Positions 52,882 to 63,049 of a stretch of DNA of 64,000 nucleotides are shown piece after piece. Made by a program: the position numbers and the translations under genes. This stretch comes from a virus. The notes under the pieces are model-generated. The model did no database searches. It had not been told where the DNA came from and saw only the letters and a list, made by a program, of their open reading frames with translations. Where the stretch lies: IMG/VR virus record IMGVR_UViG_3300021960_000046, positions 1-64,000 of that record; one strand, 5' to 3'. The stretch's first letter is position 1. Each line of letters opens with the position of its first letter.

Positions 52882-54066
52882 TTAAGATATTTTAATATCT
52901 TTTGTTTTACTTATAGCGGCGGTATAAGCAGCCATTGCATTTGATAGGTCAACATTATCTGTTGAACCACCAGCCGCCACATCCTCTAAACTCTCATTTA
53001 CATTTGATTTTTTGATTCCAAAGTATGATTCCTTAACGGTCTGTACCTTGTTTCTAAAATCATCAGCAGATGAGTATTCAATTTCTTCTGTCAGTTTGAA
53101 AAACTTTTCTTTAGATGTATCTGCTAAATCGTAAGCTGCTTCAGCTATGATTTGCGTTCTTACATACTCAGAGTTTTGTTTTGCAAGACTAACATTCTTC
53201 TCAACCTCTTCATTGAGTTTGTTTTCCAAAGTCTCAATCTTTTGTGCTTGGTCTTCTAGCACATCATATTTTTCATCTGGAACATCAATGTAGTGGTCTT
53301 CGAAAAGTTTTTTCAAGCCAGAAATAAAATCTTCAGCGATTTCGCCTTTGATTCCTCTTTCTAATGCAACTTCGTTGTCTTTCATCCACTCTTCTACTAC
53401 ATAGTTCAAGTAGGAATCAACTTTTTCAACGAGTTCTGCTTTAGCTTTAGTTGTCTCTTCTTCGAATTTAGTTTGAAAGTCTGTTTCCATCTCTTCAGCG
53501 ATTTCTTTTACTTTAGATTTAATCGCCGCTTCGAATACGGTTGCAGCTTTCTGTTTAAATTCTTCGGATAAGTCTGCTTCTCCAGCTACAAGAGCGTCAA
53601 CATGTTCAGTTACATCTAAGTCTTCTTGTTTAGATTTGTAACCTTCTTCTTTGTCGCCGTCTTTTTTATCTGCTTTCTTGTCTAAGTATTTTTTTAGACC
53701 GTCTGGCATTTCGCCTTCGTTTACAACTTCATCCGATTTTTCTGTTTCTTCGACTTTAGCACTTTGACCTGGTGTTGCAACCTTAGTTACACCAGCATCC
53801 GTGTCAGGATTACCAGCAGTATCAGGTGTTCCACCTTTGTCAGCAGTAGCGCTAATTTCGTCAGAAACTTTTTTAGTTTTCTTTGTTGCGTCAGGATTGC
53901 TGTCTGTAGGTTTAACTACCGCTGGACCTAAATCTTCTGCCTCATTTGACAAATGAGTAGGCTCAGCCGCTACAGCATTCTTTTTGGGAGCGTCCGCTTG
54001 TGGATTACTAGCCTCTGCCACAGCTGCCGCTTCTAACGCCTCAATTTTTGTTTCTGTATCGGCCAT
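52882..54066 (-). CDS. gp22: Prohead core scaffold protein
   Basis: LSEEFK.KAATVFEAA, VDSYLNYVVEEWM, coiled coil; synteny. Confidence 0.93.
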   Translation of the reverse strand: MADTETKIEALEAAAVAEASNPQADAPKKNAVAAEPTHLSNEAEDLGPAVVKPTDSNPDATKKTKKVSDEISATADKGGTPDTAGNPDTDAGVTKVATPGQSAKVEETEKSDEVVNEGEMPDGLKKYLDKKADKKDGDKEEGYKSKQEDLDVTEHVDALVAGEADLSEEFKQKAATVFEAAIKSKVKEIAEEMETDFQTKFEEETTKAKAELVEKVDSYLNYVVEEWMKDNEVALERGIKGEIAEDFISGLKKLFEDHYIDVPDEKYDVLEDQAQKIETLENKLNEEVEKNVSLAKQNSEYVRTQIIAEAAYDLADTSKEKFFKLTEEIEYSSADDFRNKVQTVKESYFGIKKSNVNESLEDVAAGGSTDNVDLSNAMAAYTAAISKTKDIKIS

Positions 54067-54133
54067 TGAGAATTCTCCCCTTTATTAGTCGTTTCTTAAA
54101 AATAAAAAACTAGTTTTTTGTTTTTTCATAAGA

Positions 54134-54141
54134 TATTTATA
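54134..54141 (-). promoter_or_regulatory. Late promoter TATAAATA for gp22/gp23
   Basis: Exact motif. Confidence 0.8.
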
Positions 54142-54143
54142 CT

Positions 54144-54788
54144 TTATAGATTTTTAAGAAAGTTTGCAAAGACTTTTGCCTTAGCTTCCGCTAATGCTCT
54201 GCTCTTAGCACTCTTAATCTCATTCTTCCAAGCTTCAATATCTTTCTCAATTAAAACGCCATTATTCCAAACCCACTCTTTATTTTCCATAATGCCTTCT
54301 ACGAAAGCGTCTGGAGCTGAGGGGTCAGCAACAATGTCGGCGGCAGTAGCTAGATAAAAGTCATCTTTGACCACATTAGCTCCACCTGATTGCATAATAG
54401 AACCCATACCTCGACTAGATACTCCTAATTGAGCACCTTCATCAATAAGACTTTTTACAATCTTACCGTATGGTGTGTCCATTATCTTTGCTTCACCAAT
54501 AAAATTATTACCATCTGGATAGAGCTTGCTAATCATATGACTAACTCTCTCTAAGTTTACGGTTGGACCATCTGGATGACCTAACTCGCCAAAAGCTCTT
54601 TTCTTATTGATAAATTCTCTATTATAACGATTTACTTCTCGTTCTAAAATTTGTTTTGGATAAACTCGTCCATTTCTATTCTTCAATTCTGATTGAAGGA
54701 ATATACCTCTAATTTTGTATTCTTTTTTACCGTTATTCTCTTCTATAAGATATTCGGCATTTGATACTTCTTCGGAAATAAGTTTCAT
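54144..54788 (-). CDS. gp21: Prohead protease
   Basis: NRNGRVYP, GELGHP, VSH, GVSSRGMGS, DIVADPSAPDA. Confidence 0.96.
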   Translation of the reverse strand: MKLISEEVSNAEYLIEENNGKKEYKIRGIFLQSELKNRNGRVYPKQILEREVNRYNREFINKKRAFGELGHPDGPTVNLERVSHMISKLYPDGNNFIGEAKIMDTPYGKIVKSLIDEGAQLGVSSRGMGSIMQSGGANVVKDDFYLATAADIVADPSAPDAFVEGIMENKEWVWNNGVLIEKDIEAWKNEIKSAKSRALAEAKAKVFANFLKNL

Positions 54789-54806
54789 AGTTCTCTCTCT
54801 GTCTAT

Positions 54807-54814
54807 TATTTATA
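54807..54814 (-). promoter_or_regulatory. Late promoter TATAAATA for gp21
   Basis: Exact motif. Confidence 0.75.
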
Positions 54815-54821
54815 AACTTTT

Positions 54822-55217
54822 TTACCTAAACTCTACAATTATTGTGTAATTATCGCCATTAGCAAAGTTTCTGGTTGATAATAATACATCTCCAGTAGCT
54901 TCTAAAGCGTTATTATTTAACTCATTACCAGCGGCTCTAAAGTCCCAATACCCATTTCCACTTAAAATAATCGCTGTGGTATTAGCATTTGTGCCTGCCC
55001 ATAGTAACTCAACAGCTGACTTAGGATTGGTACAATTGATAGAGTACCATATCTTACTAATCTTTTTAGTATTGTCTTCACTCATAAATGTTGTTGCTGA
55101 AGCGTCAACTTTAGTGACTAAGGATTCTCCTGTTCCATCTGAATAGTTGGTCATCTTAACAACATACTTAACACCTGAAGTGTCTGCTATTGTTTGTGTT
55201 GTAATCTGGTCTGCCAT
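54822..55217 (-). CDS. Hypothetical virion-type protein in the head gene cluster
   Basis: MAD.ITTQTI.D...SDGTGES.V.KVDAS...TGDVLLST..F..GD.YTII. Confidence 0.6.
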   Translation of the reverse strand: MADQITTQTIADTSGVKYVVKMTNYSDGTGESLVTKVDASATTFMSEDNTKKISKIWYSINCTNPKSAVELLWAGTNANTTAIILSGNGYWDFRAAGNELNNNALEATGDVLLSTRNFANGDNYTIIVEFR

Positions 55218-55220
55218 TTC

Positions 55221-56186
55221 TTATAAACCCCATTTCGTTGTCAAGTATGATTCCACATCTGACATTTCTGCACTTGATAGTGCTTTGTTAAACATTAAAA
55301 ATTCTGCTACATCACCATTCATAAACTCAGCGCCATCATCACAACCTATAAAGATTGTTCCGTTACTTGCACTAGTTGTAGCACCTACGGTACCTGTGAA
55401 TGTTAAAGTTTCTGCTGTGCCATCAATTCTGTAAACTAATCTAGTAGCATTATCAGCTTGAGTACCATCAAATTTTAAAGTGTGAATATGAAAATCTGCA
55501 TCAGCAGCCGTACCTGTATCAGCACTTGCACCTGCCATTGATACATTATAATTTGTGTCTATAAAAATACCCATATCTTCTTGGTCAGTTGTTGTAAGTG
55601 TACGAGTTCCAGATGTACTAGTAAATTTTGAAACTGCTATTATTGTCATACCTGATAAACTTTGAGCCCACGCAACAGGATTAATACTTAAACAATCATC
55701 TGTTCCATCAAATCTTACAACTGACTTAGAATTTAAAACAGAAGTTCTAAATGTAGGTCTTGTTGTTGCACCACCAACAGAATTGGCGTTGTGAGCAAAA
55801 TTAGATTTATCTGTCCATTGTGTAAATATACTGCCGTCTGTAACAGCAGGAACAAATTGACTATTATCTGCACCATCAAACCAAGATTGTAGAGTTGTAG
55901 CTGCGTCTGATACAACTGCTGTAATCGTATCTAATCCACCGCCAGCTGCTAGTTGTACATCATAGTAACCTTTATAAAGTTCTCCACGCTCAACACTATC
56001 TGCTGTTGTTCTACATCTAATATAAACTTGTAGAGTATCACCAGTTACGGGTCTAGTCCATGTTCTTATGCCACTAACAATAACTGAATTCGCACCATCA
56101 GCTGAATCCGGATATGTGTTGCTAATTGTAGCAGCGTCATCATATTCCCAAATGCCGTTAGAACCAGGTACTGATACCCATGCCAT
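55221..56186 (-). CDS. LamG/concanavalin-like domain structural protein
   Basis: LQSWFDGAD...QWTDKS...FDGTDD.L...GDVAEFLMFNKALS..E...VESYL..KWG. Confidence 0.75.
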   Translation of the reverse strand: MAWVSVPGSNGIWEYDDAATISNTYPDSADGANSVIVSGIRTWTRPVTGDTLQVYIRCRTTADSVERGELYKGYYDVQLAAGGGLDTITAVVSDAATTLQSWFDGADNSQFVPAVTDGSIFTQWTDKSNFAHNANSVGGATTRPTFRTSVLNSKSVVRFDGTDDCLSINPVAWAQSLSGMTIIAVSKFTSTSGTRTLTTTDQEDMGIFIDTNYNVSMAGASADTGTAADADFHIHTLKFDGTQADNATRLVYRIDGTAETLTFTGTVGATTSASNGTIFIGCDDGAEFMNGDVAEFLMFNKALSSAEMSDVESYLTTKWGL

Positions 56187-56188
56187 GT

Positions 56189-56434
56189 TTATACTTCTCC
56201 TAATTGTGTTTCTACTTCTTTATCAATATAGTTGTAGATAACACTTGTGTTTATATTATGAAACTCGGCAACTTTGTTAACTGCGTCTTCCACATTGTCA
56301 ACTATATTACCGTCTTCGTTATTACACAATTTAAAAAAGTCGTTGACCGCCTCTTTATGTAAAGGCGGTAAACCATTATATGTCTTTGTATCTATTTCTG
56401 ATTTAGAAAATAGATTACTTAGTTTCTGCTTCAT
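56189..56434 (-). CDS. Small protein at a prohead-core position
   Basis: 81 aa between portal and protease genes. Confidence 0.55.
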   Translation of the reverse strand: MKQKLSNLFSKSEIDTKTYNGLPPLHKEAVNDFFKLCNNEDGNIVDNVEDAVNKVAEFHNINTSVIYNYIDKEVETQLGEV

Positions 56435-56708
56435 TTGGTGTAAACTCTATCTGTGAACCGTCTGTATGAATAATATCAGCGGTTGTTGGACTAGGGTCAG
56501 TCACATGTGGTTTAGGGTCAGAAAAAGCAGTAGCGCCATCTTGTGCGTTATCTGGTGCTTGTGCAAAAATACTTCCTGCAACTTCTTGCCTTTTCACATC
56601 CAAAGCAGAACCAACTTTGTCTCTTAATGCGTCTTTAAAATGTTCGCCAGCACCGACATTATCGCCAGTTGCTAATGCGTCTATAAAGTTTTTAGTAGCT
56701 TCACTCAT
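56415..56708 (-). CDS. Prohead core protein, gp67-like
   Basis: FIDAL..GD...A...F..AL..KV..ALD..RQEVA; directly after gp20. Confidence 0.7.
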   Translation of the reverse strand: MSEATKNFIDALATGDNVGAGEHFKDALRDKVGSALDVKRQEVAGSIFAQAPDNAQDGATAFSDPKPHVTDPSPTTADIIHTDGSQIEFTPNEAETK

Positions 56709-56719
56709 GTTTTATCTCC

Positions 56720-58231
56720 TTAAAAGGTATCTTTCATAGCGCCTGTATCAGGTGCCGAAATAATACCATCTTCAACTTCTCGTTTAATTTGTTTGTTGAT
56801 ATCTTCCATTTCTCTATCGTTCTGTTTAAGAACCTGTCTTCGAATGAAATCAACTGAATAATACTTACCAACATAGTCTCTCATAGCGTCTGCAAGTCTT
56901 AATCTTTCTAACATCATTTCGCTTTCTTTTAACTCTGCAAAATGACCGTCTGCTAAGAAATCGTATTGTAGGGTATCTCTAATATCCATCCAATCTTTCT
57001 CAGCAATAACTTTCTTTAAAACTAACTGAGTTCTAAGTATGTCATTAAACAACTCAGTAAATTTCTTTCTTAGTCTTTGAACAAATTTAGTAAACTTTAA
57101 TTCATCTCTTGTAATTTCAGTAGAACGGCCAAGATTAAAACCTTGTGAACCTTCTAATCTACTTACTGGTACATTTAATGAACGATATAGTTTTGCTCTA
57201 AAGTATTCAATGTCTGCAATCTCACCTAAATTTTGACCGCCAGGCAAAGTAGTAATATCAGTACCTCTTCCACCTTCTCTACTCGGTAACCAAAAATCTT
57301 CCAACATTGACATATAGTTTCTGTCATCTCTGATTTCTCCTGTGTTAGCGTCATATACAAGTTTGTTTCTGTATCTTGCCATCACATCTCTAAGGTATTG
57401 TTCAGCCTTAACTTTAGGTAAATTACCTACATCAATCTTAAAAATTCTTCTTTCAGGCGCTCTAGCAATTCTGTAAATTACCGTAGCGTCTTCAATCATT
57501 CTTAACTGATTGACCGGTTTAATTGCCTTGTGTAAGTATGACAAGACTTGATTTTTATTTTGGTCAATTACACCAGACGGTACAAAAGCAATTGCGTCTG
57601 TAGCAATCTTAATACCACCAGATGTAGTGTTAGTTACACCTTTTTCATTGAAAAGGAAGTATTCTTCGAATTCATCAACAACTGATAGGCCATATGGTAA
57701 TGGACCATCAGGTCTTTTCTTTCTAACTTCTCTAATCTTTTTAATTTTACGAGGGTCAATATATCGTAACTCTGTGATACCTCGGACAGGACTATCCCTA
57801 TCAATTACTTTATGAAAATATACTCTACCATCAACATACCATCTTCTAAATATGTCGTGGCCTTTAGTATTAAAATTTAACAACCTTAATACTTCTTTAA
57901 ATTCGTCTTCGATTTTTCTACCAATTTCTCTGCCGAAAGGTAACAACTCAGTATTAACTCTTACTGCGTCTTTCATTTCGTTTGCTACGATAGCCTCATT
58001 AATAATATCCTCGATTGCCATGTCGCACTCGGGGTGTAATGAGATTTCTCTATATCTACGGATTAAATCTGCCTCAGTTTTGGCACTACCTTCCATATCA
58101 AGGTATTGACCAAAATAGCCACCGGCGGCGATGGTTTGTGTACCATCATCCGCCTGTGGTTGTGTGAAGCTTTGTTTTGGATCCGCCTCTTTTTTGAGAC
58201 GAGTGATAGAAAATCCAAATAGTTCAGCCAT
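56720..58231 (-). CDS. gp20: Portal protein
   Basis: LFGFSI, WYVDGR, YRIARAPERRIF.IDVGN, EDFWLP.REGGRGT, EITRDE. Confidence 0.97.
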   Translation of the reverse strand: MAELFGFSITRLKKEADPKQSFTQPQADDGTQTIAAGGYFGQYLDMEGSAKTEADLIRRYREISLHPECDMAIEDIINEAIVANEMKDAVRVNTELLPFGREIGRKIEDEFKEVLRLLNFNTKGHDIFRRWYVDGRVYFHKVIDRDSPVRGITELRYIDPRKIKKIREVRKKRPDGPLPYGLSVVDEFEEYFLFNEKGVTNTTSGGIKIATDAIAFVPSGVIDQNKNQVLSYLHKAIKPVNQLRMIEDATVIYRIARAPERRIFKIDVGNLPKVKAEQYLRDVMARYRNKLVYDANTGEIRDDRNYMSMLEDFWLPSREGGRGTDITTLPGGQNLGEIADIEYFRAKLYRSLNVPVSRLEGSQGFNLGRSTEITRDELKFTKFVQRLRKKFTELFNDILRTQLVLKKVIAEKDWMDIRDTLQYDFLADGHFAELKESEMMLERLRLADAMRDYVGKYYSVDFIRRQVLKQNDREMEDINKQIKREVEDGIISAPDTGAMKDTF

Positions 58232-58266
58232 AATAATATTCCTCTTTAGGACTACTTATCCAACGA

Positions 58267-58794
58267 TTAAGTAGTCGTATTTGTTTCAAAGTATTGATAA
58301 GCAAATGTAACGGAAAATTCTTCAACCGCTGTTGCTTCATCATATGTCAACTCAATAGGAGCAATTGTAGTAGGAAATACACCTCTTAAAGTGTAAGACT
58401 TAATAGTTGCACCGTTTCTATCTAACTGGTCAACAAATGCGTCAACTTGATAATCCGCTGGGTTAGTCAAGCCTTCGTTATCTGTCATATTATTGATACC
58501 ATTTGACCATCTTTCAAACGCATTTCTTAGTTTGAAATTTGTATCATTGATAACCGTAATTGACCAATCGTCAATCGTTCTATCTCCTGCAATCTTAATA
58601 CTTCTACCTCTGAAAGGCACATTAAAACTAGGTACGGTCATACCTGGCAATGATGTTGCTCTGCATAAGAAAGCAAGGTCTTCTATTTCGCCACCAACTT
58701 GTGCGTAACCAGGAAAAGGCATTGTTACCTTAAACTGATTGGCTCTTGCGCCGCCGCCAGCAAGTTTAGCTTTGAAGTCGTTAATGTTCGCCAT
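58267..58794 (-). CDS. gp19: Tail tube protein
   Basis: GGARANQF, VPFRGR..KIAGDRT..DW, EEFSVTF.Y. Confidence 0.95.
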   Translation of the reverse strand: MANINDFKAKLAGGGARANQFKVTMPFPGYAQVGGEIEDLAFLCRATSLPGMTVPSFNVPFRGRSIKIAGDRTIDDWSITVINDTNFKLRNAFERWSNGINNMTDNEGLTNPADYQVDAFVDQLDRNGATIKSYTLRGVFPTTIAPIELTYDEATAVEEFSVTFAYQYFETNTTT

Positions 58795-58808
58795 TTTCTA
58801 TTCTCCCC

Positions 58809-60725
58809 TTAACCTGCAACTTCGTCAAAAGAGACGCCAGTTCTAGTTGCTACGAATTGAAGTGTGATGAAGTTAATGCTTCTAGCAGGTTTAACGAAAA
58901 TCTCTGCTACGAATTCATTTCTATCAACAACTTCGCCTGTGTTATTTGTTTCATCACATACTACTAAGAAGTCTGTGATACCTCTTCGACCTTGTACTTC
59001 TCGTAAGAAAGGCTCTACAATGTTTCTAAAGTTCGCTCTTGTAAATTCATCATTGAATTCAAACAATTGGAATTTAGAAGCAGTAGCAATTGCCTTCTCT
59101 AATACAATGAATAGTCTTCTTACATTGATACGGTCAAACGCACTTGGAGCAGACAATCCAGTTTTGTCACCAAATAATACGGTGCCTTGTCCTGGGAAAG
59201 TAGCTACAGGATTAACTCTAGCTCTGTATAAGTCGTCTCTTTGTGTTTTTGTTGGGTTGTAAGCAAGTTTAACTGCACCTCTAACCACACCTCTATTCAG
59301 ACCTGCTGGTGAATACCAAGCGTCTGCGATAAGGTCAGTTCTAGCTGCTAGACCTGCTACATCACCATTTAGTGGAATGTATCTGTATGTATCATTGTAT
59401 CTGTCGTACATATATTTGTATCCGCTATCGAAAACAACATATGAAGATGAACGGATGCCATTGTAGAATGAAACTACATTGCTAGTCGCTGTGTTGCCAT
59501 CAACACCCACAACATCACTTCTTTCAGGTGAAGCAAAAACGATTGCGTCTTTTCTTCTTTCTGCGATTGTGATTAAGTTGTCGATATGAGTTGCGTCACC
59601 TTTACCTGCAATGATTAATCCTACATCAACGGTATCTGTGTCTTCAAACTTTTCGTATGCTGTTCTAACTTGACCGATAGTAGCTGCACCACCGTTGTTA
59701 CCGTTTTGTAAAGTAACTTCGATTGGGTCAGATACGGCAGTAAAAGTTGTACCAGAAGCTGCGTTACCCCAGTTAGCGCCACCTGAATTGTGGTCCATCC
59801 AATAGATGTAGTTTGATTTATTCATCACTACATTTGGATAGTAGTTTGTTTCGCCTTGTGGTAATTTTGCGTCTGAAGCTTTTGACAATCCGTCATATAC
59901 TTCTAACACATCGCCTTTAGTACCTGTGATAGTGCCATTAACATCTTCAACAACTATGTGAAGTTCGTCATTAGCGCCACCATTTTGATTTGAGTAAGTT
60001 GAAGTACCTGGAGCTTTCTTAACTAAATCGTAATATCTCCATCTTCTTCTAACATTTGATCCGTCAGATAAAGCGTCAACTAAACCTGAGGAATCACCTG
60101 CTGAGAAATAAGCTGGTTCATCTTTTCTTACGATTGTTAAGTCATTAGTAGATTTACTAATTACTCTGTACTCATAATTATCTCCAAAATTAACTATGTC
60201 GCCAACATTGATGTCTGTTCCAGATGTTACGGTAACAACGGTATCTCCTGCCGCTGTTGCTGTGTCATTGACGGTAGTTACAGCAGTTTGTTCATACGCT
60301 GTCGCACTTGGACATGTATGTACTTTAATGCTGTTACCCCATGCGCCTGCTGTTCTAGCAGCCCATTGACCAACTGAAGCAGAACCGTTAGCATAGTTAT
60401 CTTGGTAGTCTTGTAAATTTTTGATTACAAAAGCCGAGCCGGATTCGGTGGCTGTTGCAACCGCTGAGTTCTGTACACGAACAACTCTAAGAGCGTTAGA
60501 ATATTGTAAAAAGCTAGCAGCGCTAAAAAAATCTTCGAAATTATCAGCGTCTGGTTTGCCAAATACGGAAACTAACTCTTGCTCACTAGAAATAGTCACT
60601 ACCTCATCTAACGGTCCTTTTCTGAACGAGCCAGCAAAAGCGCCTGTAGATGTTGAAACGGCAGGAATAATTCTTGTTAGGTCTTTTTCCTGTACGAGAA
60701 CACCTGGTGATACTTGAAATGCCAT
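58809..60725 (-). CDS. gp18: Contractile tail sheath protein
   Basis: SPGVLVQE.D, WYSPAG.NRG, FGDKT, FDRINVRRLF, KPARSINFI. Confidence 0.97.
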   Translation of the reverse strand: MAFQVSPGVLVQEKDLTRIIPAVSTSTGAFAGSFRKGPLDEVVTISSEQELVSVFGKPDADNFEDFFSAASFLQYSNALRVVRVQNSAVATATESGSAFVIKNLQDYQDNYANGSASVGQWAARTAGAWGNSIKVHTCPSATAYEQTAVTTVNDTATAAGDTVVTVTSGTDINVGDIVNFGDNYEYRVISKSTNDLTIVRKDEPAYFSAGDSSGLVDALSDGSNVRRRWRYYDLVKKAPGTSTYSNQNGGANDELHIVVEDVNGTITGTKGDVLEVYDGLSKASDAKLPQGETNYYPNVVMNKSNYIYWMDHNSGGANWGNAASGTTFTAVSDPIEVTLQNGNNGGAATIGQVRTAYEKFEDTDTVDVGLIIAGKGDATHIDNLITIAERRKDAIVFASPERSDVVGVDGNTATSNVVSFYNGIRSSSYVVFDSGYKYMYDRYNDTYRYIPLNGDVAGLAARTDLIADAWYSPAGLNRGVVRGAVKLAYNPTKTQRDDLYRARVNPVATFPGQGTVLFGDKTGLSAPSAFDRINVRRLFIVLEKAIATASKFQLFEFNDEFTRANFRNIVEPFLREVQGRRGITDFLVVCDETNNTGEVVDRNEFVAEIFVKPARSINFITLQFVATRTGVSFDEVAG

Positions 60726-60824
60726 TTAGGTTTCTCCTTTAATTTGCAAATTAACGAAAGTAGTTTTTTTACTTTCAAATTTCGTAAGTTTTCTTACGCC
60801 CATAGTTAAATCTACTTACAATGA

Positions 60825-60832
60825 TATTTATA
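60825..60832 (-). promoter_or_regulatory. Late promoter TATAAATA for gp18
   Basis: Exact motif ~100 nt upstream of the ATG. Confidence 0.8.
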
Positions 60833-60851
60833 ATAAACCGATATTACACAT

Positions 60852-62492
60852 TTAAAAACCCTTTCGGACAACGGGGTGCCATACGGTTCCATACTCATCA
60901 ATTATCTCTTTTTCTTCTTCTGGTGTACCATCATCTATGAAACCAAAGGGTGCCATGTCTTGTTCTATAAGGTTTTGTTGTTCCTCGTATAACATTTGTC
61001 TTGCGTTTGTGTCTGTCATCTCTTTAAAAAATGGTTGATTTGACAACCATCCAAAGATAACTAAACACATCATTAAATCGTCTGTATTACCCTCATCAGC
61101 CTGCCAACTCTGGCCTCTTCTAACAAAGGTACTCATCTCTTCAACGATATTAAAGTCATTAATTATAATTTTGTCACCTTCTACAAGTGACTTGATATTA
61201 GAACAACCAATCTTCTTAATCTGTTTGGTCATTTTAACACCAAAACCTGAACCTCTACCAGAGAAACCAGCACCTAATATTTGGCCAGCTCTACCTCTTT
61301 GTGTAGTCATTAACAGATTATCATACTCTAATTCAAATTGTAATGCCTCTGCCACTTGTTGACCAAGGTCATTTGTTTCAACTAATACATGTGCGTGATT
61401 ATACGCTTTACATACTCTATCAATAGTGTGTGGAAATAATAATGGTTTAATATCATTATCTCTAAACTTCGCAACAATCTTATATGGCATTTGCGTAACA
61501 TCTAATATTACAAACGCCGAATAGTCTTTAGTAACACCACGAGCCACATCAACGCAACAAACATATGTTGAAGTTTTTTTAGGGTCTTCATATATATCTA
61601 AACCTGCATTTGAAACCTTTGGTGTTTGAAAGGTCATAGTTTTAATTTTAGCAGGACTAATAAGTGTATTAACAGAACCTAAAAACTCACACTCAAACTC
61701 TTGTTGAAACTGCTCAGGTGAGGTGTTTCTAATTGTTGCCTCTTTCCAGGCCTCATCTCTTCCTGGTACCTCAGACCAATGTACTTCAATTGGTATGTAA
61801 TCGTTTCTTTTATTCTCTGCGTCTGTCCATAACTTATAAAACTGGTTCATACCGTATGGTGTAGATACAATAATCATCTTTGTTTTTTGTCCAGATGAAA
61901 TTGTAGGATAAACTGAGCTAAAGAACATCTCTGCAATATTGGCAGGTACGAAAGCAAACTCGTCTAAGAAAATAATATTAAATGAACCACCTCGAATTGC
62001 ACTTGAAGAAGTTGCAGCTGCGACAATCTGTGATTTATTTTCTAATTCAATATTACCTTTGTTCCAGTTGATTACTCCTTGTTGCAACCACTTAGGAAGA
62101 TTTTCGTATGCAAGTTGCAATCTTCCGAGAATGTCACGAGCTGTAGATGATTTATTTGCAAGTATAGCAATATTAGAATTAGGATTAAAAAGCGCATAGT
62201 GTAACAAGTAAGAAATAGTCGTTGTTGACTTTCCTGACTGCCTCGGTAGTTTACAAATAGTAAATCTGTTATCGTGTATGGTTCTTACAATGTGTTGCTG
62301 AAAAGGATACATCTTAAATGGTACAAGACCATGGTCAAGTGAAACCACTTTAATGTATTTTTCCATAAAGTAAACAGGATCCTCGGCGCACTTTTGATAT
62401 TCTACAATCTGGTTTTTAGTAAACTCTTGTGGTGTGTTTACTTTCTTTAGATTAGGATTGCCTAAGTATGCTGAATTATCTGTCGTACTCAT
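60852..62492 (-). CDS. gp17: Terminase large subunit
   Basis: YLGNPNLK, PRQSGKST, IFLDEFAF, VSTP.G, DVARG, DDLMM. Confidence 0.97.
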   Translation of the reverse strand: MSTTDNSAYLGNPNLKKVNTPQEFTKNQIVEYQKCAEDPVYFMEKYIKVVSLDHGLVPFKMYPFQQHIVRTIHDNRFTICKLPRQSGKSTTTISYLLHYALFNPNSNIAILANKSSTARDILGRLQLAYENLPKWLQQGVINWNKGNIELENKSQIVAAATSSSAIRGGSFNIIFLDEFAFVPANIAEMFFSSVYPTISSGQKTKMIIVSTPYGMNQFYKLWTDAENKRNDYIPIEVHWSEVPGRDEAWKEATIRNTSPEQFQQEFECEFLGSVNTLISPAKIKTMTFQTPKVSNAGLDIYEDPKKTSTYVCCVDVARGVTKDYSAFVILDVTQMPYKIVAKFRDNDIKPLLFPHTIDRVCKAYNHAHVLVETNDLGQQVAEALQFELEYDNLLMTTQRGRAGQILGAGFSGRGSGFGVKMTKQIKKIGCSNIKSLVEGDKIIINDFNIVEEMSTFVRRGQSWQADEGNTDDLMMCLVIFGWLSNQPFFKEMTDTNARQMLYEEQQNLIEQDMAPFGFIDDGTPEEEKEIIDEYGTVWHPVVRKGF

Positions 62493-63049
62493 TGTTTAAA
62501 ATCTATATTAATAATTAATCTTTTCCATTTTTTAATAGGATGTGAAGCTGCATGTAATAAGTTACCTCTAAAAAATAACCATCTGCCTTTTTTAGGCGAA
62601 ACTCTTACTTTTACTTTTTCATCTTTGTCAAACAACCAGGTATCACCATCACTATCGTTAACATAATATAACCCTACATAATGGTCTTCTTCTTGGTCAT
62701 AATGTGGTTTGTTGTGACTATCCAAGTTGCCGTTTGGTGCCGTAAACTTTAAGTTTGCCTTACATCTTATTACAGGACTTTGTATCTTTGTAGATTGTAA
62801 TAATCTATCTAAAATCTTTTTACAATAGTTAGAATTACCAACACCATCTCTTACAAATACATGTGACATTTGAATATAATCATAGTATTCATGGTTATAC
62901 TTAGTATAATGTTCACTTTCACCTACACTCAATTCGTTATAAAACCAAGGAAATGTATTAGAAAATAAAATATTCTCTATTGTATTTTGAGTATCTACAT
63001 CTACCAAATCATCAAACACTTGATACTCATTATTTACTAAATCAATCAT
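62489..63049 (-). CDS. 2OG-Fe(II) oxygenase
   Basis: PHYD, LYYVNDSDGDT, LHAASHP, RLIINID. Confidence 0.82.
   Translation of the reverse strand: MIDLVNNEYQVFDDLVDVDTQNTIENILFSNTFPWFYNELSVGESEHYTKYNHEYYDYIQMSHVFVRDGVGNSNYCKKILDRLLQSTKIQSPVIRCKANLKFTAPNGNLDSHNKPHYDQEEDHYVGLYYVNDSDGDTWLFDKDEKVKVRVSPKKGRWLFFRGNLLHAASHPIKKWKRLIINIDFKQ

Noticed and set aside
18353-62492. Inteins or introns in gp41, gp43, gp46, uvsW, gp20 or gp17
   Set aside because: All are single ORFs of ordinary length with contiguous motifs and no intein termini or homing-endonuclease inserts visible.
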